A DNA stretch of 64,000 nt from Acidobacteriota bacterium (GCA_965205505.1 CBDBHB010000009.1:3008001-3072000); one strand, 5' to 3'. Positions 11,501 to 23,149 are shown, counted from the first letter of the stretch. Made by a program: numbers and translations. The notes: generated from the sequence alone by a model not told the origin.

Positions 11501-12614
11501 ATCGGCCGTGCCCCCCTGGGCGTGGTATTGCGTGAATACATTGTCAGCGAGGCTATGGCGTCCCTGGACATTCCCTCAACGCGCTCGCTGGCGGCCGTGA
11601 CCACTGGCGAGCAGGTATACCGGGAGACCGCCCTGCCCGGCGCAGTCCTGGCCCGCGTGGCTCAGAGCCATATCCGTATTGGTACCTTTCAGTTTTTTGC
11701 CTCAAAGCAGGATACCGAAGCACTGCAAATGCTGGTGGCCCACGTGATAGCTCGCCACTACCCGGACCTGGCCGCGGCAGACAATCCCGCGCAGGCGCTG
11801 CTGCAGGAAGTCGTAAGCCAGCAGGCACAACTGGTGGCTCGCTGGCAACTGGTGGGCTTTATCCACGGGGTGATGAATACGGACAATATGCTGCTTTCCG
11901 GGGAAACCATTGATTACGGGCCCTGTGCCTTTATGGATGATTTCAATCCCGACACGGTCTACAGCTCCATTGACCACGGCGGCCGTTATGCCTACCGCAA
12001 CCAGCCCCGCATCGCCCACTGGAACCTGGCCTTCCTGGCACAGACCCTGTTACCACTGCTGCATGAAGTCCAGGAGCAAGCCGTAACGCTGGCGAAGGAG
12101 AGCATTGATGCGTTTCCCGATTTGTTCCGGGACGCCCACCAGCAGGGCATTGCTTGCAAGCTTGGCTTTCGGCCCGAGGGTGAAGAGGACGAATCCCTGC
12201 TACAGGACCTGTTGTCAGTGATGGCGGAGACCGGTGTGGGACTTCACCCTCAGTTTCCGGCACCTGGCCGACCTCGCCAACGGGGACGCGGGCGACGAAG
12301 GCGTCAGCGCTATTTTTGAATTCCCGCAAGTATTCAATTCATGGCTGGAGCGCTGGCGGAAGCGACTGGAAAAAGAACCGACCACGCCCGCCGGGCGACA
12401 GGGATCCATGTACGCAGCCAACCCGGCCTTCATTCCGCGCAATCACCTCGTGGAAGAAGCGATTGAGGCGGCTACCACCGACAGTGATTTCGAGCCATTT
12501 CACGCCCTGGTGGAGCGTCTAGCAAAGCCCTTTGAGTACGATCCGTCCCAATCGCGCCTGGCCCTGCCGCCACGACCGGAGCAAGTCGTGCGACAGACTT
12601 TCTGCGGGACGTAA
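11500..12614 (+). pseudogene. selO: SelO/YdiU protein adenylyltransferase, 5'-truncated and frameshifted near 12240
   Basis: GRA..LREYIVSEAM, SHIRIGTFQ, GFIHGVMNTDNM, TIDYGP, NPAFIPRNH, terminal TFCGT. Confidence 0.92.
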
Positions 12615-12891
12615 TGACGCTACCCGGAAGATGCGCAGTGCTTGAAGCCGGCACCTACCGTCAGAGGATTACCGTGCGCTGGCCGTTCAGCAGCACCCGC
12701 TGTTCGTCCTTTCGCACAGCCCGGCCCCTTAAGCTCCTTTGTAGCCGTATCTTCTGAAAGCACGCCAGTGGCGAATCCTTCGGGTGCTCCTCCGGCGCGC
12801 TTCGGCTCCAGAATCGTTTTGGAACAGTCGCTCAGGGCACGCTGGTTAAGCGGCGGGAGCGGCTATCGGTGATTGCGGCGACCGTTGCCGC

Positions 12892-14178
12892 TCATCGAGC
12901 TCGTCTGGACACTCCAGCCCTCCATTCCTTCCACCGCGACCACCGCTTTCTCCTTGATGACGACGGTTTGATCGACACATCGCCACCGCCCTTCAACTCC
13001 ATCACCGCATCGAGCACGTTCTGCGCCACGGCTCTGAAGATCTTGGTGACTTCGCTGTCGGGGTGCTCGACAACGTAGGGTGTGCCTGCATCGCCCGCAA
13101 TGGCAATCTGCGGATCGAGCGGCAGCGCGCCCAGGAACGGCACTCCGAGCTCGTCTGCCGTTCGCCGCCCGCCATCGGTGCTGAAAACGTGCGTGCGATG
13201 CCCGCACTCCGGACACGTGAAGACCGACATGTTTTCCACCAGGCCGAGCACCGGCACATCGACTTCCTGGAACATGCGGAGCCCTTTACGGGCGTCGATC
13301 AACGCTACATCCTGCGGCGTGGTAACGATCACCGCGCCATCGAGCGGCGCCGATTGAGTCAACGTGAGTTGCGCATCGCCGGTGCCTGGAGGTAGGTCGA
13401 TCACCAGCACCTCAACGCCGCGCCAGTCGACGTCGCGGAGGAACTGACGTACCGCCTTCATCACCATCGGCCCGCGCCAGATCACCGGATCGTCTTCGGG
13501 CTGCAGGAAACCGAGCGACATGAGCTTCATACCGAACTTGTCGACCGGCACCATCACCCGCTTGCCGTCGAGATCGATGATCTTCGGCTGCTCATGGGTG
13601 CCCAGCATCGTGGGTACCGAGGGACCGTAAATATCTGCATCCATCAGGCCGACGTGCTGGCCGAGCTGCGCCAGGGCGGCCGAGAGATTCACCGCCACGG
13701 TCGACTTCCCCACGCCTCCCTTTCCCGAGGCCACCGCCACCACGTACTTCACCCCACTGAGGGGGGTGCGGTCGTACAGCGCCGCCGGTCGGCCGGCGGC
13801 CGCAGGCCCGGTATCAGGCGCCGGCGGTCCGCCCGTCGTAGAACCAGCTCGGGGGCCGGCCGCATCGCCGAGGCCGGAAATGGTCGCACCGCCCGGTGAC
13901 TGGCCTGGCTGGGTCGCCGGAGCGCCCTTTGACTCGGGGGCCGAGATTTCGAGGCTGACGCTGTCGACCCCGTCCAGCGCCATCAACGCATCGCGCGATG
14001 CGCGGGCGATCTGCTGCTGATGTTCCGGCGAGCCGATCGGGATATCGAGACGGACGGTCACCCCGCCACCGTCGATTCGCACTGCCTCGACAAAGCCGAA
14101 CGACACGATGTCGCGCGACAGCCCTGGAAACTTCACGGAAGTCAGAGCTTCACGAATACGCTCTTCGTTGATGGCCAA
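12892..14178 (-). CDS. mrp: Mrp/NBP35 (ApbC) Fe-S carrier ATPase
   Basis: SGKGGVGKST, DADIYGPS, WRGPM, DLPPGTGD, ENMS..CPEC; TTG start after GGAGGAG. The extreme C-terminus may be chimeric. Confidence 0.93.
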   Translation of the reverse strand: MAINEERIREALTSVKFPGLSRDIVSFGFVEAVRIDGGGVTVRLDIPIGSPEHQQQIARASRDALMALDGVDSVSLEISAPESKGAPATQPGQSPGGATISGLGDAAGPRAGSTTGGPPAPDTGPAAAGRPAALYDRTPLSGVKYVVAVASGKGGVGKSTVAVNLSAALAQLGQHVGLMDADIYGPSVPTMLGTHEQPKIIDLDGKRVMVPVDKFGMKLMSLGFLQPEDDPVIWRGPMVMKAVRQFLRDVDWRGVEVLVIDLPPGTGDAQLTLTQSAPLDGAVIVTTPQDVALIDARKGLRMFQEVDVPVLGLVENMSVFTCPECGHRTHVFSTDGGRRTADELGVPFLGALPLDPQIAIAGDAGTPYVVEHPDSEVTKIFRAVAQNVLDAVMELKGGGDVSIKPSSSRRKRWSRWKEWRAGVSRRAR

Positions 14179-14474
14179 TGGCCGGGGCTCCTCCTCCATC
14201 CATCCAGTCGATGCCAATCCATCTCCCGCCCAGCGGTCCGACGGTCTCACGCCGAGCGCGGAAACTCTCAAACAAAGATAGCGCGATCCCCCGGTTCCGG
14301 TATACGAGCGGCCTCGATGATTCAAGCCAAGGGACGGAAGCCAAGTATCATACGATAGCCACATTGATCTTTTTGGGGAGTCTCTTTGGCGTCGGGATGC
14401 TACCGCTGAAGGAATTGTTTCAGTTTGCCGTCGACAATAGGGTGGCCATCTTCGAAGCAAGTGGCAGATCAGCG

Positions 14475-15506
14475 ATGAAGGTAACCTCCAGCGGCCGAAC
14501 CCTTGGCGTGCGCGACCGGTTGGACAGGCCGATGCGCGACCTGCGAATCTCGATCACCGACCGCTGCAACTTCCGCTGTCGCTATTGCATGCCCAGGGAG
14601 GTCTTCGGCGAGGGCTACCAGTTCCTGCCGCGCGAGGAGATCCTCAGCTTCGAGGAGATCACTCGCCTCGTCCACATCTTCCGCGGACTAGGCGTCCGCA
14701 AGGTGCGCCTCACGGGCGGGGAGCCACTTCTGCGCAGCGAGCTGCCAAAGCTCATTGGCATGCTGGCTGAGATCCCTGGCCTGGAGATCGCCATGACCAC
14801 AAACGGCTCGCTGCTAGCGCAGCAGGCGCAGGCGCTGGCAGAGGCCGGGCCTGTGCGCCTCACGGTGAGCATCGACTCGCTGGACGAAGCCGTTTTCCAA
14901 GCGATGAACGACGCAGACTTCCCTGTCTCGCGCGTGCTAGAGGGCATCGAGGCGGCCACCGCCGCGGGGCTGGGACCGCTAAAGGTCAACGCGGTCGTAC
15001 GCCGCGGAGTCAACGACCACACGGTAGTGGGACTGGCGCGGTACTTCCAGGGCAGCGGCCACATCCTGAGGTTCATCGAGTACATGGATGTTGGCAGCAC
15101 CAACGGCTGGCGCATAGAGGAGGTGGTTCCCGGCGCCGAGATCATCGAGCGCATCAGTGCCGAGATGCCCCTGGAGCCGCTGGATCCGAATTACCGTGGC
15201 GAGGTAGCGAAGCGGTGGCGGTACGCTGACGGAGATGGCGAGATCGGCGTGATCACCTCCGTGACGCAGCCGTTCTGTGTTGATTGCACGCGCGCCCGGC
15301 TGTCAGCGGCGGGCGAACTCTACACTTGCCTATTCGCTGCTGCCGGCACCGACCTTCGAACTCCGCTGCGGGACGGAACCAACGAGGAAGAGATCGGCGA
15401 ACGGCTGCGCCGGCTATGGGGTGTACGCGAAGACCGATACTCAGAGATGCGTTCCGAAGAGACGAGGGATCTTCAGCGGATCGAAATGTCCTATATCGGC
15501 GGGTAG
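14475..15506 (+). CDS. moaA: GTP 3',8-cyclase
   Basis: CNFRCRYC radical SAM motif, LTGGEP, FCVDCTRARL, terminal MSYIGG. Confidence 0.96.
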   Translation: MKVTSSGRTLGVRDRLDRPMRDLRISITDRCNFRCRYCMPREVFGEGYQFLPREEILSFEEITRLVHIFRGLGVRKVRLTGGEPLLRSELPKLIGMLAEIPGLEIAMTTNGSLLAQQAQALAEAGPVRLTVSIDSLDEAVFQAMNDADFPVSRVLEGIEAATAAGLGPLKVNAVVRRGVNDHTVVGLARYFQGSGHILRFIEYMDVGSTNGWRIEEVVPGAEIIERISAEMPLEPLDPNYRGEVAKRWRYADGDGEIGVITSVTQPFCVDCTRARLSAAGELYTCLFAAAGTDLRTPLRDGTNEEEIGERLRRLWGVREDRYSEMRSEETRDLQRIEMSYIGG

Positions 15507-15573
15507 TGGTCATGGGACCCATGATTACGGTGCGCTCATCTCGCCCGCTCTGCCGATAGGCTTTAGGTGCCGA

Positions 15574-17256
15574 TCACTCCAGTTCGAGATCGGTAACAGC
15601 GCCGAGGTCGGCGCTGGAAACCAGCCGCGCGTACTTGGCGAGAACGCCGCGCGAATAACGGGGAGCCGGCGGCTCCCAGGCGGTGCGGCGGCGCCGCAGC
15701 TCCTCCTCGTCGACCTCCAGTTGGAGCTTCCGCGCCGGCGCATCGATCGTGACCGTGTCGCCTTCGTGCACCAGCGCGATCGGCCCGCCGACGGCTGCCT
15801 CCGGCACGACGTGGCCGACCACCATGCCATAGGTGCCACCGCTGAATCGTCCATCCGTGATGAGCCCGACCGAATCTCCGAGCCCGGCACCGATGAGGGC
15901 GCTCGTTGGAGCCAGCATCTCGCGCATGCCGGGTCCACCGCGGGGGCCTTCGTAGCGAACCACGACGATGTCGCCAGCGCCGATCTCACCGGCGAGGATC
16001 GCGCTCAAGCTGTCCTCCTCGCAATCGAACACCCGGGCCGGACCCGATAAGCGCGGGTTCTTGACGCCCGAGAGCTTCGCCACGCTGCCGCCCGGCGCCA
16101 GGTTGCCACGAAGGATCGCCAGGTGGCCGGTCGGGTAAAGGGGTTGGCCCCACGGTCGGATCACGTCCTGGTTGGAGGGTGGCACCGGCGGGACCTCTGC
16201 CAGACTCTCGGCGATGGTTGCACCCGTCACCGTGCGGCAGTCTCCATCGAGGACACCGTGCTCGAGCAGCACCTTCATGACCTGAGGCACGCCGCCGGCA
16301 CGATGGAAGTCGACCGTCACATACCGACCACTGGGCTTCAGGTCGCACAGGACGGGCACCCGAGCACCGACCAGCTCGAAGTCGTCGAGGCTGAGCTCCA
16401 CGCCCGTCGAATGGGCGATGGCGGGCAGGTGCAGCACCGCGTTCGTCGAACCCCCGATCGCTATGGTGACGGCCACGGCGTTCAGGAGCGCCTGGCGCGT
16501 CACGATGTCTCGCGGCAGCCGATCGGCTGCGATGCAGTCGGCGAGGACGCGAGCCGACTCGGCCGCGCTCTCGGCCTTCTCCGCGTCCTCCGTGGCCATG
16601 GTGGACGAGTACGGGAGGCTCATCCCCATCGCCTCGATGGCGCTCGACATGGTGTTGGCTGTGAACATCCCACCACACGAGCCTGCGCCGGGGCAGGCGT
16701 TGCGCTCGATCGCCGCGAGTTCCTCGTCCGTTATTCTGCCGGCGGCGTGCTCTCCAACCGCCTCGAACGCGCTTACCACCGTCAGGTCGCAGCCTGCGTG
16801 GTGACCCGGCTTGATGGTGCCTCCGTAGACGAACACCGCGGGAATGTTCAGGCGCCCGATGGCCATCATGGCACCGGGCATGTTCTTGTCACACCCGCCC
16901 AGGGCGAGAACGCCGTCGAAGCTCTGGCCGTTGCATACGGTCTCGATGGAATCGGCGATGACCTCGCGCGAAACCAGCGAGTATTTCATCCCCTCGGTGC
17001 CCATCGAGATGCCGTCGGCCACGGTGATCGTCCCGAACTCGAGAGCGCGAGCGCCCGCCTCGTGTAGCGCGCTCCGAGCGCGCTCCGAGAGCGCGCCGAG
17101 GCCTATGTTGCACGGCGTCAGGTTCGAGTGGGCGTTCGCGATACCGACGATCGGCTTGTCGAAGTCCTCGTCCTCGAATCCGACCGCACGGAGCATCGCC
17201 CGATTGGGAGCGCGCTGCACTCCTTCCGTCACGGCACTGCTACGTCGTTTCCTCAA
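15574..17256 (-). CDS. ilvD: Dihydroxy-acid dehydratase
   Basis: [47 protein letters not shown]. Confidence 0.97.
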   Translation of the reverse strand: MRKRRSSAVTEGVQRAPNRAMLRAVGFEDEDFDKPIVGIANAHSNLTPCNIGLGALSERARSALHEAGARALEFGTITVADGISMGTEGMKYSLVSREVIADSIETVCNGQSFDGVLALGGCDKNMPGAMMAIGRLNIPAVFVYGGTIKPGHHAGCDLTVVSAFEAVGEHAAGRITDEELAAIERNACPGAGSCGGMFTANTMSSAIEAMGMSLPYSSTMATEDAEKAESAAESARVLADCIAADRLPRDIVTRQALLNAVAVTIAIGGSTNAVLHLPAIAHSTGVELSLDDFELVGARVPVLCDLKPSGRYVTVDFHRAGGVPQVMKVLLEHGVLDGDCRTVTGATIAESLAEVPPVPPSNQDVIRPWGQPLYPTGHLAILRGNLAPGGSVAKLSGVKNPRLSGPARVFDCEEDSLSAILAGEIGAGDIVVVRYEGPRGGPGMREMLAPTSALIGAGLGDSVGLITDGRFSGGTYGMVVGHVVPEAAVGGPIALVHEGDTVTIDAPARKLQLEVDEEELRRRRTAWEPPAPRYSRGVLAKYARLVSSADLGAVTDLELE

Positions 17257-17519
17257 TGTTACCTCAGCTTAAGCTGAAAACGTCGTTTGTGCGCTACAGG
17301 CGATCGGTGCCGGCGATGAACACGTCGTCACCGTTTGGGCCCGCTTGCACACTACTATTGGAAATTTCAAGTCGTTACTCAACCGGTTGATAGCCGACAC
17401 GTGCAGTTTCGGTCTGCGTCCCTGCTTCTATCGTTAAATTCGGTAGTAGTGGACTTTTATGGTCCGCGCCAGGCGGTAGGGATTGTTTCTTGCGCTCTAG
17501 GGATTAGGAAAGAGATGCG

Positions 17520-18699
17520 ATGACTGTCGCAGAAAAATGGCTGACTATGATGCTGCTTTGTTTGTCTGGCAGCACCATTTACTGGATGCCGTTTTTTTCA
17601 GAGATTTATTATGTACCCATGCAGGACGCCTTTGGTTTTTCCAATACGCAACTGGGCGTTCTATCAAGTACTTTTGGAGTTACGTCGCTGATTGGCTATT
17701 TCCCGGGTGGGTGGTTAGCGGATCGCTTTTCATCACGCAAACTCATATCTGTCGCCCTGGTGATTACGGCGGCGGGTGCGTTTGTATTCTCGACGATGCC
17801 GTCATTCGAGATATGTGTGCTTTTGTTCGGCCTGTGGGGAATAGCAACCGCGTGCGTGTTTTGGTCAGCGATGATCAAGGCAACACGTAACTGGGCCTCC
17901 AGCGCTGAACAAGGGCGGGCGTTCGGCATACTCGAAGGAGGGAGGAAATTTGTTGATATGGCCTCCGCCGCACTCCTTTTAGCTATCTTCGCTTTCCGCG
18001 GCGGTGATGATGCCGCGCTCTCCGAAATTATCCAGATTCTTGCCGTATCCACTCTGGTTTTGGCAGTTCTCGTTTGGACGGTCATGAAAGATGCTAGCTC
18101 CCACGACGATTACCGGGAGGAACCGCCAACCCATACTGCCGCAGGAATAATAGAGGTCCTGAAATTGCCGATTGTGTAGATGATGGCGATTATCATCATG
18201 GCTGCCTATAGCGGATTATGGGGTGCGATCTATTTAACGCCTTACGCAACTGAAGTGTATGAATTGGGCTCCATCTTGGGCGGCGCGATCGGGGTGGGCA
18301 AGCTATGGCTTGCGGCCCTTGCGGCCATCGCCGCAGGATTTATCGCAGACAATATAGGCACGGCGAAAGCCATTGTAGGGTCTTTCGTTCTAATGACATC
18401 TGGCTTTCTCATTTTCGGGCTCCTACCAGGGGGACCGAGTCTTGTGCCGCTATTGTTGATGAATGGTGCCCTCATTTCCTGCGCTGTATACGGCCTGCGT
18501 GGGATATATGTTGCCCTCCTGGAACAGGGTGGTGTTCCTGTTGCTATTACGGGTACTGCGACAGGTGTCGTCTCCGTGATTGGCTATATGCCTGACATGT
18601 TTCGACCCGTGCTGGGTGGCATGATCTTAGATGCGAGTCCAGGTGCCGACGGGTATCAGAACTTATTTCTTTTTGTTGCGGCTCTGAATTTTCTCGGTC
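17520..18699 (+). pseudogene. MFS transporter with an internal TAG (18177-18179), 3' end cut by IS3
   Basis: GGWLADRFSSRKL, QGRAFGILEGGRK, TGTATGVVSVIGY. Paralog of 51595-52959; visibly lower GC. Confidence 0.88.
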
Positions 18700-20072
18700 T
18701 GACCTTGCCCCGCTTTCCCGGACACTTAGTTAAGATCCATTGTCGTAGTCGTATTAGCGGCTGTGGGAGCTGTTGGCAACGCGGAGCGTTGTCCAAGCGA
18801 CGGTGGAAATCGGGAGTCGATTTCCACGGGCGCGTCAGCTTCCACAGCTGATTGGCCGCTCTGGCCTGGCCGCCGCATTGCCGCCTCGAACTGAGCCGGA
18901 CTCTGGTCTCCGATCGAGGTGTGCATGCGAGCCCGGTTGTAGAACACTTCGATGTAGTGGAACAACTCGGCTCGGGCCGCCGCCCGGGAACTGAAGCAGC
19001 CACCGAGTTGGAACTTCAGGGTAGAGAAGAAACTCTCCATCGGCGCGTTATCCCAGCAGTCTCCTTTCCTGCTCATGCTGATGGTGAAGCCACGGTCACG
19101 CAGCTTGTCTAGGTAATCGTCGCTGCTGTACTGGCTGCCGCGGTCGCTGTGATGGAGCACTCCGGAACCGGGACGGCGTTGCTCCAAGGCCTGATCCAGG
19201 ACCGCCAGCGTCAAATCGTCCGTCATCGTCTCGCTCACCGCCCAGCCGATGATCCGTCGCGAGCACAGATCCATCAGCACGGCCAGGTATAGCCATCCTT
19301 CCTGCGTCCACAGGTATGTCAGGTCGCCCACCCAGACGCTGTCCACGGCATCCACCGTGAAGCGCCGTGCCAGCACGTTGGGCGCCGCTGACCGGCCAGG
19401 TGTGGGCCGTGTTGTCACCTGGAACCGACGGGGTTGGCGAGCTCGAAGTCCTTCCTGGCGCATCAGCCGAGCTACCCGCTTGCGAGAGCAGCGGATCCCT
19501 CGTTGCCGAAGTTGCTTGTGGATGCGCGGACTTCCGTAACGGTCGCGGCTCTCTCGGAATGCAGCTCTGATCTGCACACGTAGACGGCGATCTTCTCGCG
19601 CTCTCGGGCTCGGCCCCCTTCCTCGCCACTCGTAGTAACCGCCGTGAGACACCTCGAGCATCTTGCACAACCGCCGCACCGGGAACTTGCCGGACAGTTG
19701 CTTGATGATCGGGTACTTCATCGCGGGCGTTCCGAGAAGATCGCCAACGCTTTTTTTAGAATGTCGCGCACCTGCCGTACTCGCCGCACGTCCCGCCGTA
19801 GCTGTTGCCCGTCCAGGTCCTGGTCGGGCATCTTCCCCGCGCCCGGAAACGCCGTGACCCCCTGCTCCTGGAGCTGTTTGCGCCACTTGGTCAACATGCC
19901 GCGGCCAACACCCAGATCCCGGGCCACCTCAGACACCGGATGGCCCAGCTGCGTCACCATCCTCACTGCCTCAATCTTGAACTCGCGACTGTACCGCCGT
20001 CGTGACCCCATGCTTCACCTCCGAGCCCATTATCGGACTTCCAAAGGTGTCCGGGAAATCGGGGGAGGCCCA
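18700..20072 (-). mobile_element. Complete IS3-family element (orfA 19718-20011, orfB to 18726)
   Basis: IRs TGGGCCTCCCCCGATTTCCCGGACAC and TGACCTTGCCCCGCTTTCCCGGACAC; AAAAAAAG -1 frameshift motif at ~19750-19757; WVGDLTY, HHSDRGSQY, DNAPMESFF. Confidence 0.95.
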
Positions 20073-20233
20073 GTGCTGGCTCCCAACGACTCCGCTGCCC
20101 AAGCACCGGCCTCCATGAGCATGCGTACCTGTCGCCAGTGTTCACTGCATAGTGGCCACTTCAACGCCGAGCGCTTGCAGCGCTCCCCACGCTGCGTTAT
20201 CGCAACGCACCGCTTTCCTGACTTGAGCCCCAT
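20073..20233 (-). pseudogene. Small Cys/His zinc-finger-like protein, cut by IS3
   Basis: RCVAITQRGERCKRSALKWPLCSEH (C-x9-C-x9-C-x2-H). Confidence 0.45.
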
Positions 20234-20336
20234 AGCTACGCCTTCCGGTGGAACCAACCAGGCAGCGACGCGGGCGACCGCCTTGCCCGGCACCATCGGC
20301 CACGTAAGGTGCCCCCCGAAGCCCTCGGTGAGAGTC

Positions 20337-21548
20337 TCATTCCCGTCCCGCGATTTCGATCACGGTGCCGAGGTTCTGGGTGCCGTTCATCGCTGTCCGG
20401 ATCTCACCGCTAATTTGTTCGGCAGCCTCACGCACCGGGTCGATACCTACGTGCGCATAGCGTTCCGTGCTGGCCGCTCGCCGATGCCCTAACACCTTCC
20501 CCACCAGGAGAAGGGAAAGCCCGCTGCTCGCACCCCAAGCGCCAACGGTGTGTCGAAGATCGTGAATCCGGACACCCGAAAGACCGGCGAGTTTCTTCAC
20601 CCGGCGCCAGGGACGAGCCAGGTCGGTCAGATGCTGGCCAGAGCGTTGGCCTTGAATGACCCACGGGTTCCCGGGGCTGCGCGGGATGGTGTCCAAGAGC
20701 TCTAATACAGGGGAAGTGAGTGGAAAGAACTTCTCCCCGGTCTTGGTATCCGGGAGCCTCCCGAGGTTAAGCTCGAAGTCAAGGTGCTCCCAGCGCAACG
20801 TGAGGATCTCGCTTACCCGGCAGCCAGTGAACAACAGGAGGCGAAGCGCAGCAGCAGCGTGAACGGAAACACGGCCGTCGCTCTCCAGTTCTTCTATTGC
20901 GTCGCCGAGTCGCTGAATCTCGGCACGACTCAGGTACCGAGTCCGAGGCTGCTCCGGGTAACGCCGCACGCCGTTACATGGGTTGGAACCGGGCGCGCGT
21001 AGCCCTCGGTGCTCGGCGGTCGTCAGTAAATTGGAGAGCAGGAAAAGCGCGCGATTCGCCGCGTAAGGTGTCGCCTGGAGTCCTCGGTGAAAGCGTCGTA
21101 CGTCGGCTGTCTCTAGCGCCTCAGGGCGTAGGCGTCCGAATGCCGGTACAAGGTGCGTCGTCAGCAACTGCCGATAGGCACGAGCCGTGGAGGGCTTTCG
21201 CTTCGCTGACACTTCAGCCATGTACTCGATGGCTAGGTCTGCGATCGTCACGTGCCGCGCGTTCCGGCGCTGGCTAGCCTCCCGCGGATCCTCCCCGTCG
21301 CTCACTTGTACACGCGCGCGCATGGCTCGCTTGCGTGCCTGGCTGACCGTGAGCGGTCCGTAGTCGCCGAGCGTGAGCCATCGGCCGCGGCCCGCCAGCG
21401 TGTACTTGAAGACGAAAGTCTTACGGCCCGACGGATAGACGCGCACGCCGAATCCCTTGACGTCGCGATCCCACAGGACGAAAGCTCGCTTGGAACTATT
21501 GCTTGCAGGGTAAGATGCCCCGTCCACTACCCGTTTCGTCAGTCGCAT
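20337..21548 (-). CDS. Tyrosine integrase with N-terminal Arm-DNA-binding domain
   Basis: LWDRDVKGFGVRV, TLGDYGPLTV, TGCRVSEI, HDLRH, VLGH, TERYAH. Confidence 0.95.
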   Translation of the reverse strand: MRLTKRVVDGASYPASNSSKRAFVLWDRDVKGFGVRVYPSGRKTFVFKYTLAGRGRWLTLGDYGPLTVSQARKRAMRARVQVSDGEDPREASQRRNARHVTIADLAIEYMAEVSAKRKPSTARAYRQLLTTHLVPAFGRLRPEALETADVRRFHRGLQATPYAANRALFLLSNLLTTAEHRGLRAPGSNPCNGVRRYPEQPRTRYLSRAEIQRLGDAIEELESDGRVSVHAAAALRLLLFTGCRVSEILTLRWEHLDFELNLGRLPDTKTGEKFFPLTSPVLELLDTIPRSPGNPWVIQGQRSGQHLTDLARPWRRVKKLAGLSGVRIHDLRHTVGAWGASSGLSLLLVGKVLGHRRAASTERYAHVGIDPVREAAEQISGEIRTAMNGTQNLGTVIEIAGRE

Positions 21549-21759
21549 CGGACTGTTGCTCCAGACAATGTTGACTGGTGGGCTCGGCCACGCTTCACGT
21601 ACTGTCTCGCAAGAAGGTGGAGCAACCCAGGAGCAACATTATGGCATCGAATCCCGTAGCATTCCATCCATCACCAATGATAGGTAGGAGCCCGGATAAT
21701 AAGGCTCAAATCGCTAAATATCGTCGATGGATCTAGGCCCATCGTATGGTGGACTCTAA

Positions 21760-21804
21760 GATTCGTAATCAGCAGGTCCACGGTTCGAATCTGCGCGCCG
21801 GCTC
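21760..21804 (+). other. tRNA-Thr(CGT) 3'-half remnant, probable att site
   Basis: GATTCGTAATC anticodon arm, AGCAGGTC, GGTTCGAATC T-loop, GCCGGCTC. No 5' half or D-arm. About 210 bp upstream of the integrase. Confidence 0.82.
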
Positions 21805-22177
21805 TTTAGATTCAACGATTTACAGCCAGTCACTCTGGAGGCTGACGTTTTGGGGGGTCGGTCTGGGGGTCGGCGAGCGACTTATAGAATCGACTTGTGT
21901 ACGTCGGGAAAAAGCGTCTCCTATATAGGACATCCCTCCGTTCCCGGATCGGGTGGGTAGGCCAGTTGACGCTGTCGCCGCGTTCGGTCACCAACCGCAC
22001 CCCGGAGCGTCGGTGGACCTGTACGCCGTTTACGTCTAGTACGGAACTCTAGTCAAGATGGTGTGGAAATAGGTCAGGCAGTATTTGCTTGCCGAGTGCT
22101 CACCGGTGAATCGCTCGCCGCAGTCATGGTCTTGGGGCAGCGGCCGCTGATTGGATATAGACGGCGACGTTGATGTG

Positions 22178-22340
22178 CTACTCAGCCCGCAGGGCCACCA
22201 GCGGGTCCACCTTCGTCGCGCGGCGGGCGGGGATGTAGCAAGAGCGAGCAGTGCTACGCCGGGCAAGCCCACGGTCACCGTGGCGAACGTGGCTGGATCT
22301 GTGGCTGTCACGCCGTAGAGCTGACTGGCGATCAGCCGCC
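22178..22340 (-). pseudogene. ABC (ADOP/FtsX-like) permease C-terminal fragment
   Basis: LIASQLYGVTATDPATF ... PARRA.KVDPLVALRAE* across a frameshift. Confidence 0.75.
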
Positions 22341-22384
22341 TCACCCAAAAGGCGGCCATCTTGTGTTCACTATGACGTTGTCTC

Positions 22385-22820
22385 GCCGGCGACAAGCCAC
22401 GGGGAACGTTCGGGCGGTAGCTCGTCGAGCATCCAGGCGACCTGACCCGTCTCCAAATCGTGGCCGTACGCGTAGCCATGCGGCCAGCGGTTCAGCGTGA
22501 TCGCCTCGATGTCGCGCGCCGGGTCGAAGCCCCCGGCAGACAGTATCCGGCTGAGCTGGTTCCTGATCTTGCGCTCGAAGGTCTCGAACGTCGCCACAAG
22601 CCGACGCCTGGCGGGATGCTTTCCACTGCTCCGGCGCCGAAAGCCCGCGTGCCTCTGGCACCGGAGGAATCTGCAACATGCGCACCACGATGGGCTCGCC
22701 GGGCGTCCCCGAATGTCGGTAGCCTCCGATGCTGCGCGGCCGCGTGAGATCGACGTCCTCGAAATAGCTGCCCGGGCAGCCCACGACGCGGACGCCAAGC
22801 TTGGTGAAGGTGGTGCAGCT
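22385..22820 (-). pseudogene. Spermidine dehydrogenase-like FAD oxidoreductase fragment
   Basis: TFETFERKIRNQLSRIL..GGFDPARDIEAITLNRWPHGYAY. Confidence 0.75.
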
Positions 22821-22979
22821 AGAATCGTCTGCCTTCCGGCTTCCGGGTTTGAGTTCCAGCCTGGACATTGTCTTTAGTAGAGTAGTGCATATATAAGATA
22901 GGAATTGGTATAAATCCTCGGGACACGCAGGCGGAACGGCCGCTCATACGCTACTGATCGAGTATCGTTGATTGGGACC

Positions 22980-23149
22980 AACAGGCCGTGGTGAACGTGT
23001 GATGGGTCTGGTTGCGCCGCCGAAGGGCGCAGATGCAAGCTGCCGCGCCGCTGGCGATGCCTTGGCGCATCGTTCAGAGCGGCAACGCCGCCTATGTCCC
23101 CTTCGCGGCACAACCTCTACGGGCCACCACACTTCCACCACGGCCTGCT
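22980..23149. mobile_element. MITE-like element, copy A
   Basis: Imperfect TIRs CAGGCCGTGGTGAACGTGTG and CACACTTCCACCACGGCCTG; no transposase. Confidence 0.7.

Noticed and set aside
12640-12870. Glycine riboswitch-like sequence on the minus strand (CGCCGGAGGAGCA)
   Set aside because: The other conserved elements, such as CTCTCAGG, are absent and there is no suitable downstream gene.
1140-12973. GATC/TCGA as a shared junction signature
   Set aside because: Present at only some junctions, and these tetramers are very common throughout the window.
360-18179. TAG recoding, suggested by in-frame TAGs at 360, ~1965, 3641 and 18177
   Set aside because: Context implies different original residues (Tyr, Leu, Gln, Trp), most of these genes carry other lesions, and TAG is used as a normal stop elsewhere.
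21750-21810. Functional tRNA-Thr gene
   Set aside because: The 5' acceptor strand, D-arm and CCA are missing.
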